A stretch of 64,000 nt of DNA, taken from positions 6,016,001 through 6,080,000 of the forward strand of contig OZ253580.1 in NCBI GenBank assembly GCA_965263035.1, in the 5' to 3' direction. This DNA is from Acidobacteriota bacterium. Lineage in GTDB: Bacteria; Acidobacteriota; UBA6911; RPQK01; JAJDTT01. Under the pieces are notes generated by a model. It was not told the DNA's origin, ran no database searches, and saw nothing but the letters and a program-made list of their open reading frames with translations. A program made the translations under genes and the position numbers. Positions 41,456 to 51,660 of the stretch are shown here, one piece after another. How positions within the stretch are numbered: the stretch's first letter is position 1; each line of letters opens with the position of its first letter.

Positions 41456-43972
41456 ATGAGGGCGAACCGAGGGACCCGATTTTGGAAATACTCCCTGCAC
41501 ATCGGGCCTCTCGCCAGCTTGTCCGTAGCCCAGCCGATTTTCGACCTCCTCTCCCAGCAGCCCGAGTATCTGGTCGCGCGTCACGCCGGACTCTTGGACG
41601 CGGCGTTCTTGATCTCCCTCCTGATTCTGCTCGTTCCTGCATCAGTCGCAGCCGGAGCATATTTCCTGGGATGGGCTCTGGGCGGGATACGTTGGATCCA
41701 AGCCGCCGGCGTCGGGCTGTTTGGTTTTCTCTTGGGTCTTCTGGGCTTGAAAACCCTGATGTGGGACCTGGGAGTATCCCTCATCGCTGCGGTCGGGCTG
41801 CTCGCGTGCTTGAGTGCTCTCGTCTACGCTCGGTTCTCCACTGCGCGTCTGTTCCTGACCTTTCTTTCGCCCGCCATGGTCATCGTTCCCGCGCTCTTTC
41901 TGACAGATCCCACGGTCCAGAAAGTTCTCGATCCAAACCAGCCGCAAGGTACGGCGCTGGAGAGCGGCAAGACGGATACGCCGATCGTCATGGTCGTCTT
42001 CGACGAACTTCCCCTTCAATCTCTCCTTGATCGCCGGGGCGAAATCGACTCCGTACGCTTCCCCAATTTTTCCGGTCTCGCCAACGGCGCCACCTGGTTC
42101 CGAAAAACGACGACCGTCTCGCCTTCCACCCAATACGCGGTCGCAGCCATGACAACCGGGAATCTCCCGCAGCCGGACCGGACGGTTCTCCCCGCATTGG
42201 CCGACTATCCGGACAATCTCTTCACCTGGCTCCGAAACTCCCACCGGCTCAACGTCTCCGAATCGACGACGCACCTCTGTTTCGACTGTCCAGGGTCCGC
42301 ACGCGATCACCTGCAGAGGTGGGTCCAGCTTCTGGTGGATGTCTCGCTGCTCTATCTCAATCTCGTCCTGCCCGAGGACCTGACTTCCGGCTTGCCCGAC
42401 ATCCGTTACGGCTGGACCTGGCAGTTGGGTCATCCAGTCCGGCAATTCGAAGCATTTCTGGAATCTATCCCGGAACCCGGGAAGCCGGGGCTGCATTTCA
42501 TCCATATTCAGATTCCCCATCTGCCCTGGGTCTACCTCCCTTCGGGAAAGCGCTATCTGTTCGGCGGGGACATGGGCCTGTTCACCAAGAGGGATATCTG
42601 GACCCGGGATGAAACTCTGGTGACTCTGGCCTACCAGCGCCACCTGCTGCAGGTGGGCTTCGCCGACCGGCTCCTGGGCCGCCTGCTCCGAAAGCTGAAG
42701 ACTCACGATCTCTACGACCGGAGCCTGATCGTCGTCGCCTCGGACCACGGGGTCAGCTTTCAGCCCGGCGGGTCCAGGCGCACTATGACGGACGCCAACT
42801 TCAGGAACATCCTGAACGTGCCTCTGTTGATCAAAGCTCCCCATCAGAAAGAGGGCCGGGTGTCGGATCGCCCCACACGAACCACGGATATCCTCCCCAG
42901 TGTTGCGGGCATCCTCGGGGTTCCGGCTCCATGGCCCACCGACGGGATTCCGGTTGCGGAAACCGAGCCTCCGGAGAACCGGGATCTTGCATCCACAGTT
43001 CTGAACATCGCTCGCCCGTTCGAGTTTCTGCGTTCGCGAACGACGGTTTGTCTGGGAGGTCGGGCCTTCGATGTGACCCAACGTGGATCCCGGGTCCATT
43101 TGGATGAGGTGAGCGAGAACGGCAACAGGATTGTGTTTTTCGGCTGGTCGGCAGACATGGAAACCCTGGAACCGGCCGATTCCATTCTCGTGTTCGTCAA
43201 TGACGAATTGGTGCACCGGGGAATGGTTCGCCGCCCGCGCCCGGACGTGGTGGAATTCTTCAAGGCCGCAGAACTGGAGAATTCCGGGTTTTTGATTGAG
43301 CTCGACCGGGAACTTCTCGAAGGGAGTCCCACGGTGCGCTGCTTTGCCTCCTTCGGGGACCGAATCCGCGAGGCGCAATATCCGGCGAGTTTTCCCTGGA
43401 CCGCCAAATCGGAAGAAATTCCGGATGAAGCCAAGTCAGTTGATGCCGGTCAGATCTGCTCCCTGGATCAGAACTCGAAACGTTCTTTTCTGATCACACG
43501 GCCGCTCACCCCGGAGACCCTCAGGAAGACCTCCGAACCCAGTGAGTTCGAGATCCGTGTCCAGCAACTGGCGTGGGATGCGGGCGCGGATGGCTTGTTT
43601 CAGCCCGGCCCCTTCCGTGCCCTGATCGGGAAACGGCTGGATCAACTTACCGTACGGCCGACCCCGGGCCTCCAAATCGAGTTGGACAAGCCAAGCCTTC
43701 TTCCGAGGATGAGGCGGAGACTGGATCCCGACTTCATTCCGGCCGCCGTCGAAGGACGAGTCTCGACGAAGTACGCGGAGATTTTGGCAGTGGCCGTGAA
43801 CGGAACCGTCCGGGCGGTTGCTTCCACATTCGTCGGGCCGAGGGGCGACCGGCGTTTCCAGGCGATCGTCCCCGAATCGTCCTTGTTGGAGGAGACATAC
43901 CGAATTCAGGTGTTCGCGGTGGGACAAACGAACGGCGACGTGATCTTGTTTTCCTCAGCCGAGGGCGACTGA
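41456..43972 (+). CDS. Membrane-anchored sulfatase/alkaline-phosphatase superfamily protein
   Basis: N-terminal TMs; MVVFDEL, HIQIPHLPW, IVVASDHG, VPLLIK. Confidence 0.85.
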   Translation: MRANRGTRFWKYSLHIGPLASLSVAQPIFDLLSQQPEYLVARHAGLLDAAFLISLLILLVPASVAAGAYFLGWALGGIRWIQAAGVGLFGFLLGLLGLKTLMWDLGVSLIAAVGLLACLSALVYARFSTARLFLTFLSPAMVIVPALFLTDPTVQKVLDPNQPQGTALESGKTDTPIVMVVFDELPLQSLLDRRGEIDSVRFPNFSGLANGATWFRKTTTVSPSTQYAVAAMTTGNLPQPDRTVLPALADYPDNLFTWLRNSHRLNVSESTTHLCFDCPGSARDHLQRWVQLLVDVSLLYLNLVLPEDLTSGLPDIRYGWTWQLGHPVRQFEAFLESIPEPGKPGLHFIHIQIPHLPWVYLPSGKRYLFGGDMGLFTKRDIWTRDETLVTLAYQRHLLQVGFADRLLGRLLRKLKTHDLYDRSLIVVASDHGVSFQPGGSRRTMTDANFRNILNVPLLIKAPHQKEGRVSDRPTRTTDILPSVAGILGVPAPWPTDGIPVAETEPPENRDLASTVLNIARPFEFLRSRTTVCLGGRAFDVTQRGSRVHLDEVSENGNRIVFFGWSADMETLEPADSILVFVNDELVHRGMVRRPRPDVVEFFKAAELENSGFLIELDRELLEGSPTVRCFASFGDRIREAQYPASFPWTAKSEEIPDEAKSVDAGQICSLDQNSKRSFLITRPLTPETLRKTSEPSEFEIRVQQLAWDAGADGLFQPGPFRALIGKRLDQLTVRPTPGLQIELDKPSLLPRMRRRLDPDFIPAAVEGRVSTKYAEILAVAVNGTVRAVASTFVGPRGDRRFQAIVPESSLLEETYRIQVFAVGQTNGDVILFSSAEGD

Positions 43973-43982
43973 TTTCCACCGG

Positions 43983-44612
43983 ATCGGGTCGGGCGCAGGG
44001 GATTGCGCCCCTGCACCCTCCCACACCACCGGACGTACCGTTTTCAGTATCCGGCGGTTGGAGTCACCCGAGGCTCTTTCGAGCCTCGTACAGGGCCTTT
44101 CTTTCCGGTTTCCGCCGCCGCTGAGACTTGATCTCCGCCCTTCCGGCTTGCCGGGCTCCACCCGTGGGCCTTCCATGCCGGGTCCGAGGAGGGTTCCCGT
44201 CGCCCCGCTGTCGGAGGTGTTGCGATCCCGCTGACGAGTCCACCATAGGGCCAGTCCGACTCCTTCGGTCCTTCGCTCCACCGGCATTACCCGGCTTCTT
44301 CGCTACTACGACCTCTGCTGACTTCTCAAGGGCTCTCACCCTTGAGATCTCCCCGAGTAAGGTGCTGCATCTTTCCCCCCGGGCCGCCCGGCTCTACCTG
44401 ATGCGTCTGGATGGGGTTCGGGTTTCGCTGTTGCTCGCCAGCTCACCACCCGCACCCGGCCTCACTGCCGGTTCGTGTTCCTGCGGTCGTGGGTTTGCCT
44501 TCCGCTTCCTTCAGCTTCACCTCGCGGCTACGCCTTGCGGTTCGGCTAGGGTTGGTCCCATCACCTCCCTTGGGATCTTTCATCCCTTAGATACAGCCCA
44601 TGTCGGGCGCAC
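43983..44612 (-). mobile_element. Group IIC intron lacking its RT ORF (630 nt)
   Basis: 5' GTGCGCCCGACATGGGC; domain V AACCGCCGGATACTGAAAACGGTACGTCCGGTGGTGT (CGC triad); domain VI ending ACCCGAT. Confidence 0.88.
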
Positions 44613-44742
44613 GAGCGGCGACTTTCTTGTCGCCGATTAGGGGGGGTAAGGGGGGACGGAGTCACCCCTCCTCTTCCTCCGTCCGGAACAGACGACAAGA
44701 AAGTCGCCTGTCCCAGTGGGCGACAAGAAAGTCGCCCCTCCA
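44613..44742. repeat. REP/REPIN cluster homologous to 34010-34176
   Basis: GAGCGGCGACTTTCTTGTCGCCG...GGGGACGGAGTC...CCCAGTGGGCGACAAGAAAGTCGCCCCTCCA. Confidence 0.8.
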
Positions 44743-44847
44743 AGCGCGCCTACATTTTTCTCAGCATTGGCACGATGATCTGACCCCGAATATCCCGATT
44801 GTGAGACCGCTTCTGCATCGCAGTCTCATGAAGTGGCGGAACCCTCC

Positions 44848-45190
44848 CGAGTCATGGCCGGAATGAACGATGCCCTCTACGATCAGACGGACAACCACTT
44901 CGTGACCGTGACCTACGCCTACTTCGACCTCGAAGCACGAGAGTTGCGAGACCGCCTCGATCCCACTGACTTCAGGCGATCGAATCGTAATCTACAGCGA
45001 CGGCGTCACCGAGGCTGAAGCGCCGAACGGGGAGCAATTCTCGACGGAACGCCTGCTTGATATTCTCGTCGAGCACTCCAACACCACCGCGGCTGAATTC
45101 GCCGACTACACCCTACGGCAACTGATCGGATGGACCCAAGCTCGCACTGGATGACGACCTGACCCTCCTCGTCATCGACGTGCCGGAGAA
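44848..45190 (+). pseudogene. SpoIIE/PP2C phosphatase fragment
   Basis: MNDALY...FVTVTY, GDRIVIYSDGVTEA, DDLTLLVIDV in shifting frames. Confidence 0.7.
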
Positions 45191-45344
45191 CGGGGAACAA
45201 GCAACTCCAACAGGCTGAAAGTGCTTCGAATATAGGAAAGACGTCGTGTCAAGAAGTGGCACGGTGCACTGTACGCAATTTTGAGAAAACCCAGGAACAA
45301 CCTGACTCTGGATTCAGCAGTTCAGGATCGGGGTTCGAGACATT

Positions 45345-45914
45345 ATGTCACATGAACGGAGGAATGCTATGCATTCTTCAGAGAGAAAAAGAGCCTTCAA
45401 GAAGACTTGGTTGTGCGTCCAAAAGAGATACGTCATGGGATCCATAGTATCGGAGCGTGGTCTCCAAGCGGCGCTTTCCGAGGAGCTTAGAGGGAAACTT
45501 CCAACTAGTGTATGCGTCGTTGTGGAACCGCCATGGACGATGGCTGACGGAACTAGAAAGACACCAGATCTTATCATAATTGAGGGAGAGCAAATCACCG
45601 ACATTATTGAGCTTAAATTTGTCCCACATCACCGAGCACCGTGGAAGAAAGATATTGAAAAACTTCGCTCTTACATTAGAACACCGAATACACAGTATCC
45701 AATACTCCTGGATCCAAAGACTGGGCAATGGGACAAATATTTTTCAGTCCACGATGCCTGTCGCCTGCATTTTGTTGCGGTTTCTCGGAACGACTCTGAT
45801 GCTGTGTTGCCTCCTCTCCCTCTCGAAAATCAAGTTTCGAGCATCAACCATTGGTATGAGCGTACTGGCGATGGCGATGACAAGTGGGACATTGATTTCG
45901 CATACGATCAATAG
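45345..45914 (+). CDS. PD-(D/E)XK nuclease-like hypothetical protein
   Basis: SERGLQAAL...TPDLII...IELK; AT-rich segment. Confidence 0.55.
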   Translation: MSHERRNAMHSSERKRAFKKTWLCVQKRYVMGSIVSERGLQAALSEELRGKLPTSVCVVVEPPWTMADGTRKTPDLIIIEGEQITDIIELKFVPHHRAPWKKDIEKLRSYIRTPNTQYPILLDPKTGQWDKYFSVHDACRLHFVAVSRNDSDAVLPPLPLENQVSSINHWYERTGDGDDKWDIDFAYDQ

Positions 45915-46268
45915 AAATTTATTAAATTCGTCTACACCTTAACTCTACTTGAATTAGGGAATTCAATAGATACTATCGGGATAGCGTCGTTTAAGATTTG
46001 CTGCTCAGTTACGGAGCAGACCCGCATTGATTCTACAGGGAATGTATCCATGTAACTTCGGAGTTACAGATACAATACAATAGTAATGTAGTCGTGAGAA
46101 TATGAAGGAGATCCAGCCCAGCTATCATGGGTCCGGGTAGTGAGAGCAGGCATCAATAGCTGGAGTTATTATTCGCATTCCTCGTTAATACAACTATAAT
46201 CCAGTCTTCCAAATGATGCGTAGGAGTACTGCATTTCCACACGTACTGCCGGATTCTTCCAAGCCTGC

Positions 46269-47672
46269 CTACCAAACCCCCAACACCTTCCACCAGAGGC
46301 CACCGGCGACGAAGTAGATGAGGATGTTCACCACGCTCAGGAGGCCGCCCAGCTTCCACCAGTCGCCCATCTCCACGTATCCCGTCCCGAAGAAGACCGG
46401 CGCCGGCCCGGTACCGTAGTGGGTCATGCCGCTGAACAGGTTGCTGAAGAACCCCAGCACCAGCGCCGCCAGCAGGGGCGGGGTTCCCACCGCCAGGGCC
46501 ACGGCCAGGAAGGGAGCGTACATGGAGCTGATGTGGGTCGTGTTACCGGCGAACAGGTAGTGGCTGTAGAAATACACCAGACTCAACAGGAGGAACGACG
46601 GCATCCAGTGGCCGTCCCCCAGGATGGCGGCCAACTGGTCTCCGAACCAGGGGATCAGCCCCATCTGGTTCAGGTGGCTGGCCAGGTTGATGAGGACGGC
46701 GAACCAGACCAGGGCGTCCCAGGCTCCCTTCTCTCCCAGGATGTCCCGCCACCGCAGCGTTCCGGTCAGAAGCAGAATCGCGAGACCCGTAAGCGCCGCC
46801 ACCGTGCTGGTGATTCCGAAACGGCCGCCGAAGATCCACAGAAACAGAAGGAGGGCGAAGGTGCCGAGCATGGTCCACTCGGACGACTTCAAAGGCCCCA
46901 TCTCCTCCAGCTTCTGCCGAGCCATCCGGGCGGCTCCGGCCGTCTCCTTGATCTCCGGCGGATAGATCCGGTAGAGGATCCAGGGGCCCACCGCCAGACT
47001 CAGCAGTCCGGGAACCAGGGCGGCCAGGAACCAGGTGGTCCAATCGATTTCGATTCCCATCCCTGCGGCCAGCCCGGCCGCCATGGGATTGCCGGCCATG
47101 GAGGTGAGGAACATGCCGCTCACCACGACGCTACCCTGATAGGACGCCTTGATCAGAAACGCTCCCAGCCGGCGGGCGCTGGCACCGTCCGGACGGCTCC
47201 CGAAGGAGACGGCCACGGACCGCAGGATGGGGCAGATGACGCCGCCGCAACGGGCTGTATTGCTGGGAATGGCCGGGGCCAGGACCAGATCGACTCCGAT
47301 CATGCTGTAGGCCAGCCCCAGACTCTTCTTTCCTACCGCCGCCATGAACAGATATGCGATCCGCAAACCCAGACCGGTGACCAGGAATCCCCGGGAGATG
47401 AAGAAGGCGGACACGATGAGCCAGACCACGGGGTAACCGAACCCGGCCAATGCCTCGTCCGGCTTCAGGACTCCCGTGAGCATGGTGGCGATCAGCCCGA
47501 CCATGGCCATGGCGCCCAACGGAAGTGTCTTGGCCAGGATCCCTGCGATAGTGGCCAGGAAGATGGCCAGGAGGCGCCACGCCTGGAGCTGCACCTCGTC
47601 CGGAGGCGGCACGAACCAGACCAAGAGGCCGATAAGGATCGGGGGGAGGAATCGCAGCGGCAGACCGCTCAT
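46269..47672 (-). CDS. DASS-family dicarboxylate transporter
   Basis: PAIPSNTAR, MFLTSMAGNP, THYGTGPAP. Confidence 0.92.
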   Translation of the reverse strand: MSGLPLRFLPPILIGLLVWFVPPPDEVQLQAWRLLAIFLATIAGILAKTLPLGAMAMVGLIATMLTGVLKPDEALAGFGYPVVWLIVSAFFISRGFLVTGLGLRIAYLFMAAVGKKSLGLAYSMIGVDLVLAPAIPSNTARCGGVICPILRSVAVSFGSRPDGASARRLGAFLIKASYQGSVVVSGMFLTSMAGNPMAAGLAAGMGIEIDWTTWFLAALVPGLLSLAVGPWILYRIYPPEIKETAGAARMARQKLEEMGPLKSSEWTMLGTFALLLFLWIFGGRFGITSTVAALTGLAILLLTGTLRWRDILGEKGAWDALVWFAVLINLASHLNQMGLIPWFGDQLAAILGDGHWMPSFLLLSLVYFYSHYLFAGNTTHISSMYAPFLAVALAVGTPPLLAALVLGFFSNLFSGMTHYGTGPAPVFFGTGYVEMGDWWKLGGLLSVVNILIYFVAGGLWWKVLGVW

Positions 47673-50506
47673 TGCTCGGACGATGAGTAGGTCACCCAGA
47701 CGGGAGAGCCCCAAGCCACCATGCCGTCCTGCTGCAGGACCCGCACGTAGTAGTAATGCTCGCCGGCCCCGGCGTCGGCGTCCACGTACTCGAACGAGAT
47801 CTCGTCCTCCTCCTCGGGAGACACCTGGTAGACGATGGCCTCATCCCGGATGACGTCCACGCGATGGAGAGGATCGGTCCCCACCACTCTCGTCTTCAGG
47901 CGGAGCGGTCCGGACACGGTGAACTCCTCGCCCATGAGATGCTCGCCCCCGTCGTGGACGAAACGCACGTCCAGGATGATGTTGTCGGTGGACGCATAGG
48001 CGCGGCGGCTCCGGATCGCCTCCATCAGGCTCTCCAGGGTCAGGTCCTCGGCCAGCAGGCAAGCGTAGCTCATGTGGGTGGAATGGTGGTCCGAGGAGGC
48101 GATGAATCCCAACCGGTACCCCTTGGCCAGAGCGTTCCAAACATAGCCGGGACGTTCCTCGGAGTCCCGGGGCTTCAAGGTTCCGGGCTGGGGCGCCCCG
48201 GCGTGCTCGTAGGTGTCCCGCAGACCCTGGTAGATCTCCACCAGGGTCTCCACCTCGGGATCGTTGTCACGCCAGTCGTTGGACCTGCCGGTGGTGTGGG
48301 GGATGGAGGTGCCCCCATGGCGCCGAAGGTACCAGAAAAGCCTCTCGGCGCCCTCCTGTCCCCGCTCCTCAGGCCCCAGGATGGGATGGATGGGCTTCCC
48401 CCGTTCGGTGAAGAAGATGTTCCGGTGGCCGCTGGGGAAACTGAGCGATCGCTCGTAGCCGTAGAAGGCCACGAAATTCTTCAGTTGGAAGAGGTCGGCG
48501 GTTTTCTGGCTCCGCCACCAGGTGTAGGGCTCGTCAACATGGTGAGTGTGATCGCTCACTCCCAGGAAATCCAACCCACCCGCATCCACGGCATACCGGT
48601 AGGCATCCAGGAGGGTGCCGTCCGCCGCACCGTCCACCGAGATTTCCGTATGGCGGTGCAGATCTCCCCGGTAGATGGAGTAGGTCTTCCCCCGATGCTC
48701 CACCCGGAAAGCGCGGATTCGGTCCAACTCTTCCTCTTCGTCGGGATGGATGGGCGGGACCGGAGGATCCTCTGCCGGCGGAGGGGCGGGAACCAGGGAT
48801 ACGCCTTGTTCCAACTCCGGCGGCTGCAGCCTGGCCAGGAAGACCTGATTGTGTTGCTGCATGTAGCTCTTGGCGTTTCGGTGATCCGTGGCCCACGTGA
48901 GCCAGAACGCGCCGTCCGGAGTCCTGGCGCCGGAGGGCATCAGGGCGTTGCGGCCGCTGGTGCGGGCCAGACGTATCGGCGCACTCCATCGGTCGCCCCG
49001 GTATTGGGTGAGGTGAATGTCCCAGCGCGGATAGTAGGCGGGTCCCAGCCTGCCCCTCACTTCCCGGATGTCGGGCTGGCGCAGGTACAGTTTTCGGACC
49101 AGCAGCCAGGGTTCGCCGGAGGGCCCCATCTCCAAGTGGGGCATCTCCCAAAGGTCTCCGATGAAGATCGTCGAGAGAGACCCCTCCGTGTCCAACCGCT
49201 GCTCTCCGTCCAGACAGACGATCCGGATTTCCCTGGACTCGCGAAGCTGTGTCCCTTGCACCCGGGACAGCCGGCCCGAGTCCTTGCCCCACTCGACGCC
49301 CGACTCCTGCCAAGCCACCCAGATGCGGCCTCCCGGGTCTACAGTGACCGAAGGGTTGGCCTCGAACCGGGCGGTTCCCGCCACCGTCCGGACCGGCATC
49401 CACTGGCCCGACGACCAGACCCGCAGATAGACGTCGTAGCTCCCGGAGGCGTAACCGTCCCAGACCACCGCCAGCGTGCCCTCGGGTCCGGCCGCGGCGA
49501 CCGGCCACCAATTGTTGCCCGCGGCGGAATCCCCCGTGCTGATCTGCCGGGGCGGCGACCAGCGGTCCTTCTCCAAGCTCCGGGCCATGATCTGCGCCCG
49601 GTCTCCCGGGACGGCCCGCCAGATCAGCCAAAGACGTCCCGAGGCATCCCGGACCAGGCTGTGGTGGATGTCGGGACCCGAGCCCTCGGTGAGCCGCTCC
49701 ATCCCGGACCAGCGGCCTCGCTCATGGGATCGGCCATAGAGATCCCAGTTGCCGTCCACCTGCATGGACCAGACCACCCAGATCCGCCCGGAGTCGTCCT
49801 CCGCCACCGCCGTCTGCAACACATCCGACTCCGCCGCCAGCACCTGGGTGGGCCCCCAGGAATCCCCTGAAATGTTCCGGACGCAGACCGAATCGGAGTC
49901 GTTCTCGTACTCCTGCCAAGCCACCCAGAGATCGCCCGAGCCGGTTGCCCAGACCGCCGGGTAGTCCTGCTGTCCCGCCGGACGGGAGTCGGCAGCCAGG
50001 GGCGACGGCAGGGACTCGACGCGGACGCCTCCGTCCAGAAAGTCGGCCGCCGCGAATGGAGGGAGCTCCCGGGGAAGGAAGGAAAAGGCTCCTCGGACGG
50101 TTTCGATCTCAACCGGTCCATGGGAGGAATTCTCCCAGACCTGGATCAGAATGCTGGGATACTCCAACTGGTAGCTCTTCGGATTCCGCATCCACGCCTT
50201 CCGCGTGCTCACGACCCAACTGGAGCCGGTCCGGACGTAGTCGTTGGGGAAGACCGGGTCCTCGCCGGTCTGGATGTTGTGCTCCCGGATCAGATCGGGA
50301 ACCGCCTGGATCCGTTGCCCCGGGGAGAGGACCAGACGGCCGTCCCAGGCGGTCGGGGTAGCGTCCTTCAGTCCGAAGGTGAGCCGGTAGGTGGCTTCCG
50401 GGGCCGGAGACGGGCTCGCCGGCCGGTGGGAAACCGGGGTTGAGTCCAGGGCACAGCCTGCAGCCAGCCCCAACAGCAGAAAGAGAGCCCACGTGCGGGT
50501 CAGCAT
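47669..50506 (-). CDS. Lipoprotein with beta-propeller and PHP-like (DUF3604/CehA) metallohydrolase domain
   Basis: LAAGC lipobox; GDLHRHTEISVDG, SDH, GHRN, IPH, ASSDHH. Confidence 0.8.
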   Translation of the reverse strand: MLTRTWALFLLLGLAAGCALDSTPVSHRPASPSPAPEATYRLTFGLKDATPTAWDGRLVLSPGQRIQAVPDLIREHNIQTGEDPVFPNDYVRTGSSWVVSTRKAWMRNPKSYQLEYPSILIQVWENSSHGPVEIETVRGAFSFLPRELPPFAAADFLDGGVRVESLPSPLAADSRPAGQQDYPAVWATGSGDLWVAWQEYENDSDSVCVRNISGDSWGPTQVLAAESDVLQTAVAEDDSGRIWVVWSMQVDGNWDLYGRSHERGRWSGMERLTEGSGPDIHHSLVRDASGRLWLIWRAVPGDRAQIMARSLEKDRWSPPRQISTGDSAAGNNWWPVAAAGPEGTLAVVWDGYASGSYDVYLRVWSSGQWMPVRTVAGTARFEANPSVTVDPGGRIWVAWQESGVEWGKDSGRLSRVQGTQLRESREIRIVCLDGEQRLDTEGSLSTIFIGDLWEMPHLEMGPSGEPWLLVRKLYLRQPDIREVRGRLGPAYYPRWDIHLTQYRGDRWSAPIRLARTSGRNALMPSGARTPDGAFWLTWATDHRNAKSYMQQHNQVFLARLQPPELEQGVSLVPAPPPAEDPPVPPIHPDEEEELDRIRAFRVEHRGKTYSIYRGDLHRHTEISVDGAADGTLLDAYRYAVDAGGLDFLGVSDHTHHVDEPYTWWRSQKTADLFQLKNFVAFYGYERSLSFPSGHRNIFFTERGKPIHPILGPEERGQEGAERLFWYLRRHGGTSIPHTTGRSNDWRDNDPEVETLVEIYQGLRDTYEHAGAPQPGTLKPRDSEERPGYVWNALAKGYRLGFIASSDHHSTHMSYACLLAEDLTLESLMEAIRSRRAYASTDNIILDVRFVHDGGEHLMGEEFTVSGPLRLKTRVVGTDPLHRVDVIRDEAIVYQVSPEEEDEISFEYVDADAGAGEHYYYVRVLQQDGMVAWGSPVWVTYSSSEQ

Positions 50507-50577
50507 CGCCTGTCCCCTCCGAATTTCGATGGCCCCGTCGTGGCGCGTTTGCCCGGCGCTGTGCCCGACGGCCGCCC

Positions 50578-51162
50578 TCAGTCCGACTCCAGCAGGCCGG
50601 CCGCTTCCAGTGGACGCCAAAAGGCGTAGTCGGCATGGTGGACGATGGTCACGTGTAGAGAACGGCGGACCAGCTCGCCCTCGCCCGAGTGGCAACCGGC
50701 GGCGTGGCAGACTTCCTCGGGAAGCCCCACCACCAGGCAAACGTGAGTTCCGTACTGGGGATGGCGGATGGGGGGCCAGCCCGAGGCGGCGGGCCGGCTG
50801 CTCCAGCGCTTCTGTCGCGGAGGATCGAACTCGTAGGGCTTGCCCACATCATGGCAGAGTGCGCAAGCGGCCAGCAGGTCCCGATCGATGGGGAGCTGGG
50901 GAAACTGTTCCTTGAGCGTGTCGGCCAAGGCCAGCGCCAGTCGGGTCACACCCCGGATGTGGTCGGTCTGGGTGCCCCCCTTCAGCGTGGGCGTGTCGGG
51001 ATTGCCCGAGGGGCGAATCTCGTCGATGGACTGGAAGGTACTCTGGCCCAGGCAGTAGGCCCAGGCGTCCACCACCAGATTACGGAGTTCTTCGTCCTTG
51101 ATCTCCGACAACTCGGGAAGAGATTTTCGGACCGATTCGCGCAGGTCCTCACGTATTTCCAT
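50578..51162 (-). CDS. HD-domain phosphohydrolase
   Basis: DHIRGV, LCHDVGK, CHS, HHAD. Confidence 0.88.
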   Translation of the reverse strand: MEIREDLRESVRKSLPELSEIKDEELRNLVVDAWAYCLGQSTFQSIDEIRPSGNPDTPTLKGGTQTDHIRGVTRLALALADTLKEQFPQLPIDRDLLAACALCHDVGKPYEFDPPRQKRWSSRPAASGWPPIRHPQYGTHVCLVVGLPEEVCHAAGCHSGEGELVRRSLHVTIVHHADYAFWRPLEAAGLLESD

Positions 51163-51251
51163 GGCCTCACCCCCAGTGCGGTCAAGCTATCCCCCACCCC
51201 GGGGGGTGTCAAGTCGGGACGCCCCTGGTGGGCGCCCTCGTTCGTCTTGAA

Positions 51252-51480
51252 AGGAGGGGCGATTTCCAGTCGCCCTCTTCCACCCCTGCCCCAGACTCAC
51301 TCCGGTGTCGGCGGGAGGGGTGATTTCCAATCGCCCTCTTCCACCCCTGCCCACAAACTCACCCCGGTGTCGGCGGGAGGGGTGATTTCCAATCGCCCTC
51401 TTCCACCCCTGCCCACAAACTCACCCCGGTGTCGGCGGCTAGAAACCGCCGCTCCCATTCGGCGGCTGGAAACCGCCGCT
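51252..51480 (+). repeat. Three 61-62-bp tandem repeats followed by two REP hairpins
   Basis: Units start at 51252, 51313 and 51375; then CGGCGGCT(A/G)GAAACCGCCGCT x2. Confidence 0.85.
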
Positions 51481-51494
51481 TGTCTGTTTAAATG

Positions 51495-51660
51495 GGGCCG
51501 TCCGGGTCGCTCATGAGCGACCCGGACGGCGGTGGCTGGACCGTACCGCCGCGGACTGTTACGAACCGTATGGGAGTGAGGTCGGCCACCGTCTTTCCCG
51601 ATGTCCTGAATGGATACGAGGGCATCAAGGCCCGAATGACAAGCACAGGAGACAGGAAAG
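51495..51660 (+). ncRNA. IS110 bridge RNA
   Basis: 5' hairpin 51497-51530; target loop ACCGCCGC (51545) and ATGGGAG (51570); donor loop ATGGATAC (51610) and GACAAG (51638). Confidence 0.82.

Noticed and set aside
51252-51436. Possible mini-CRISPR
   Set aside because: Whole units repeat with no unique spacers
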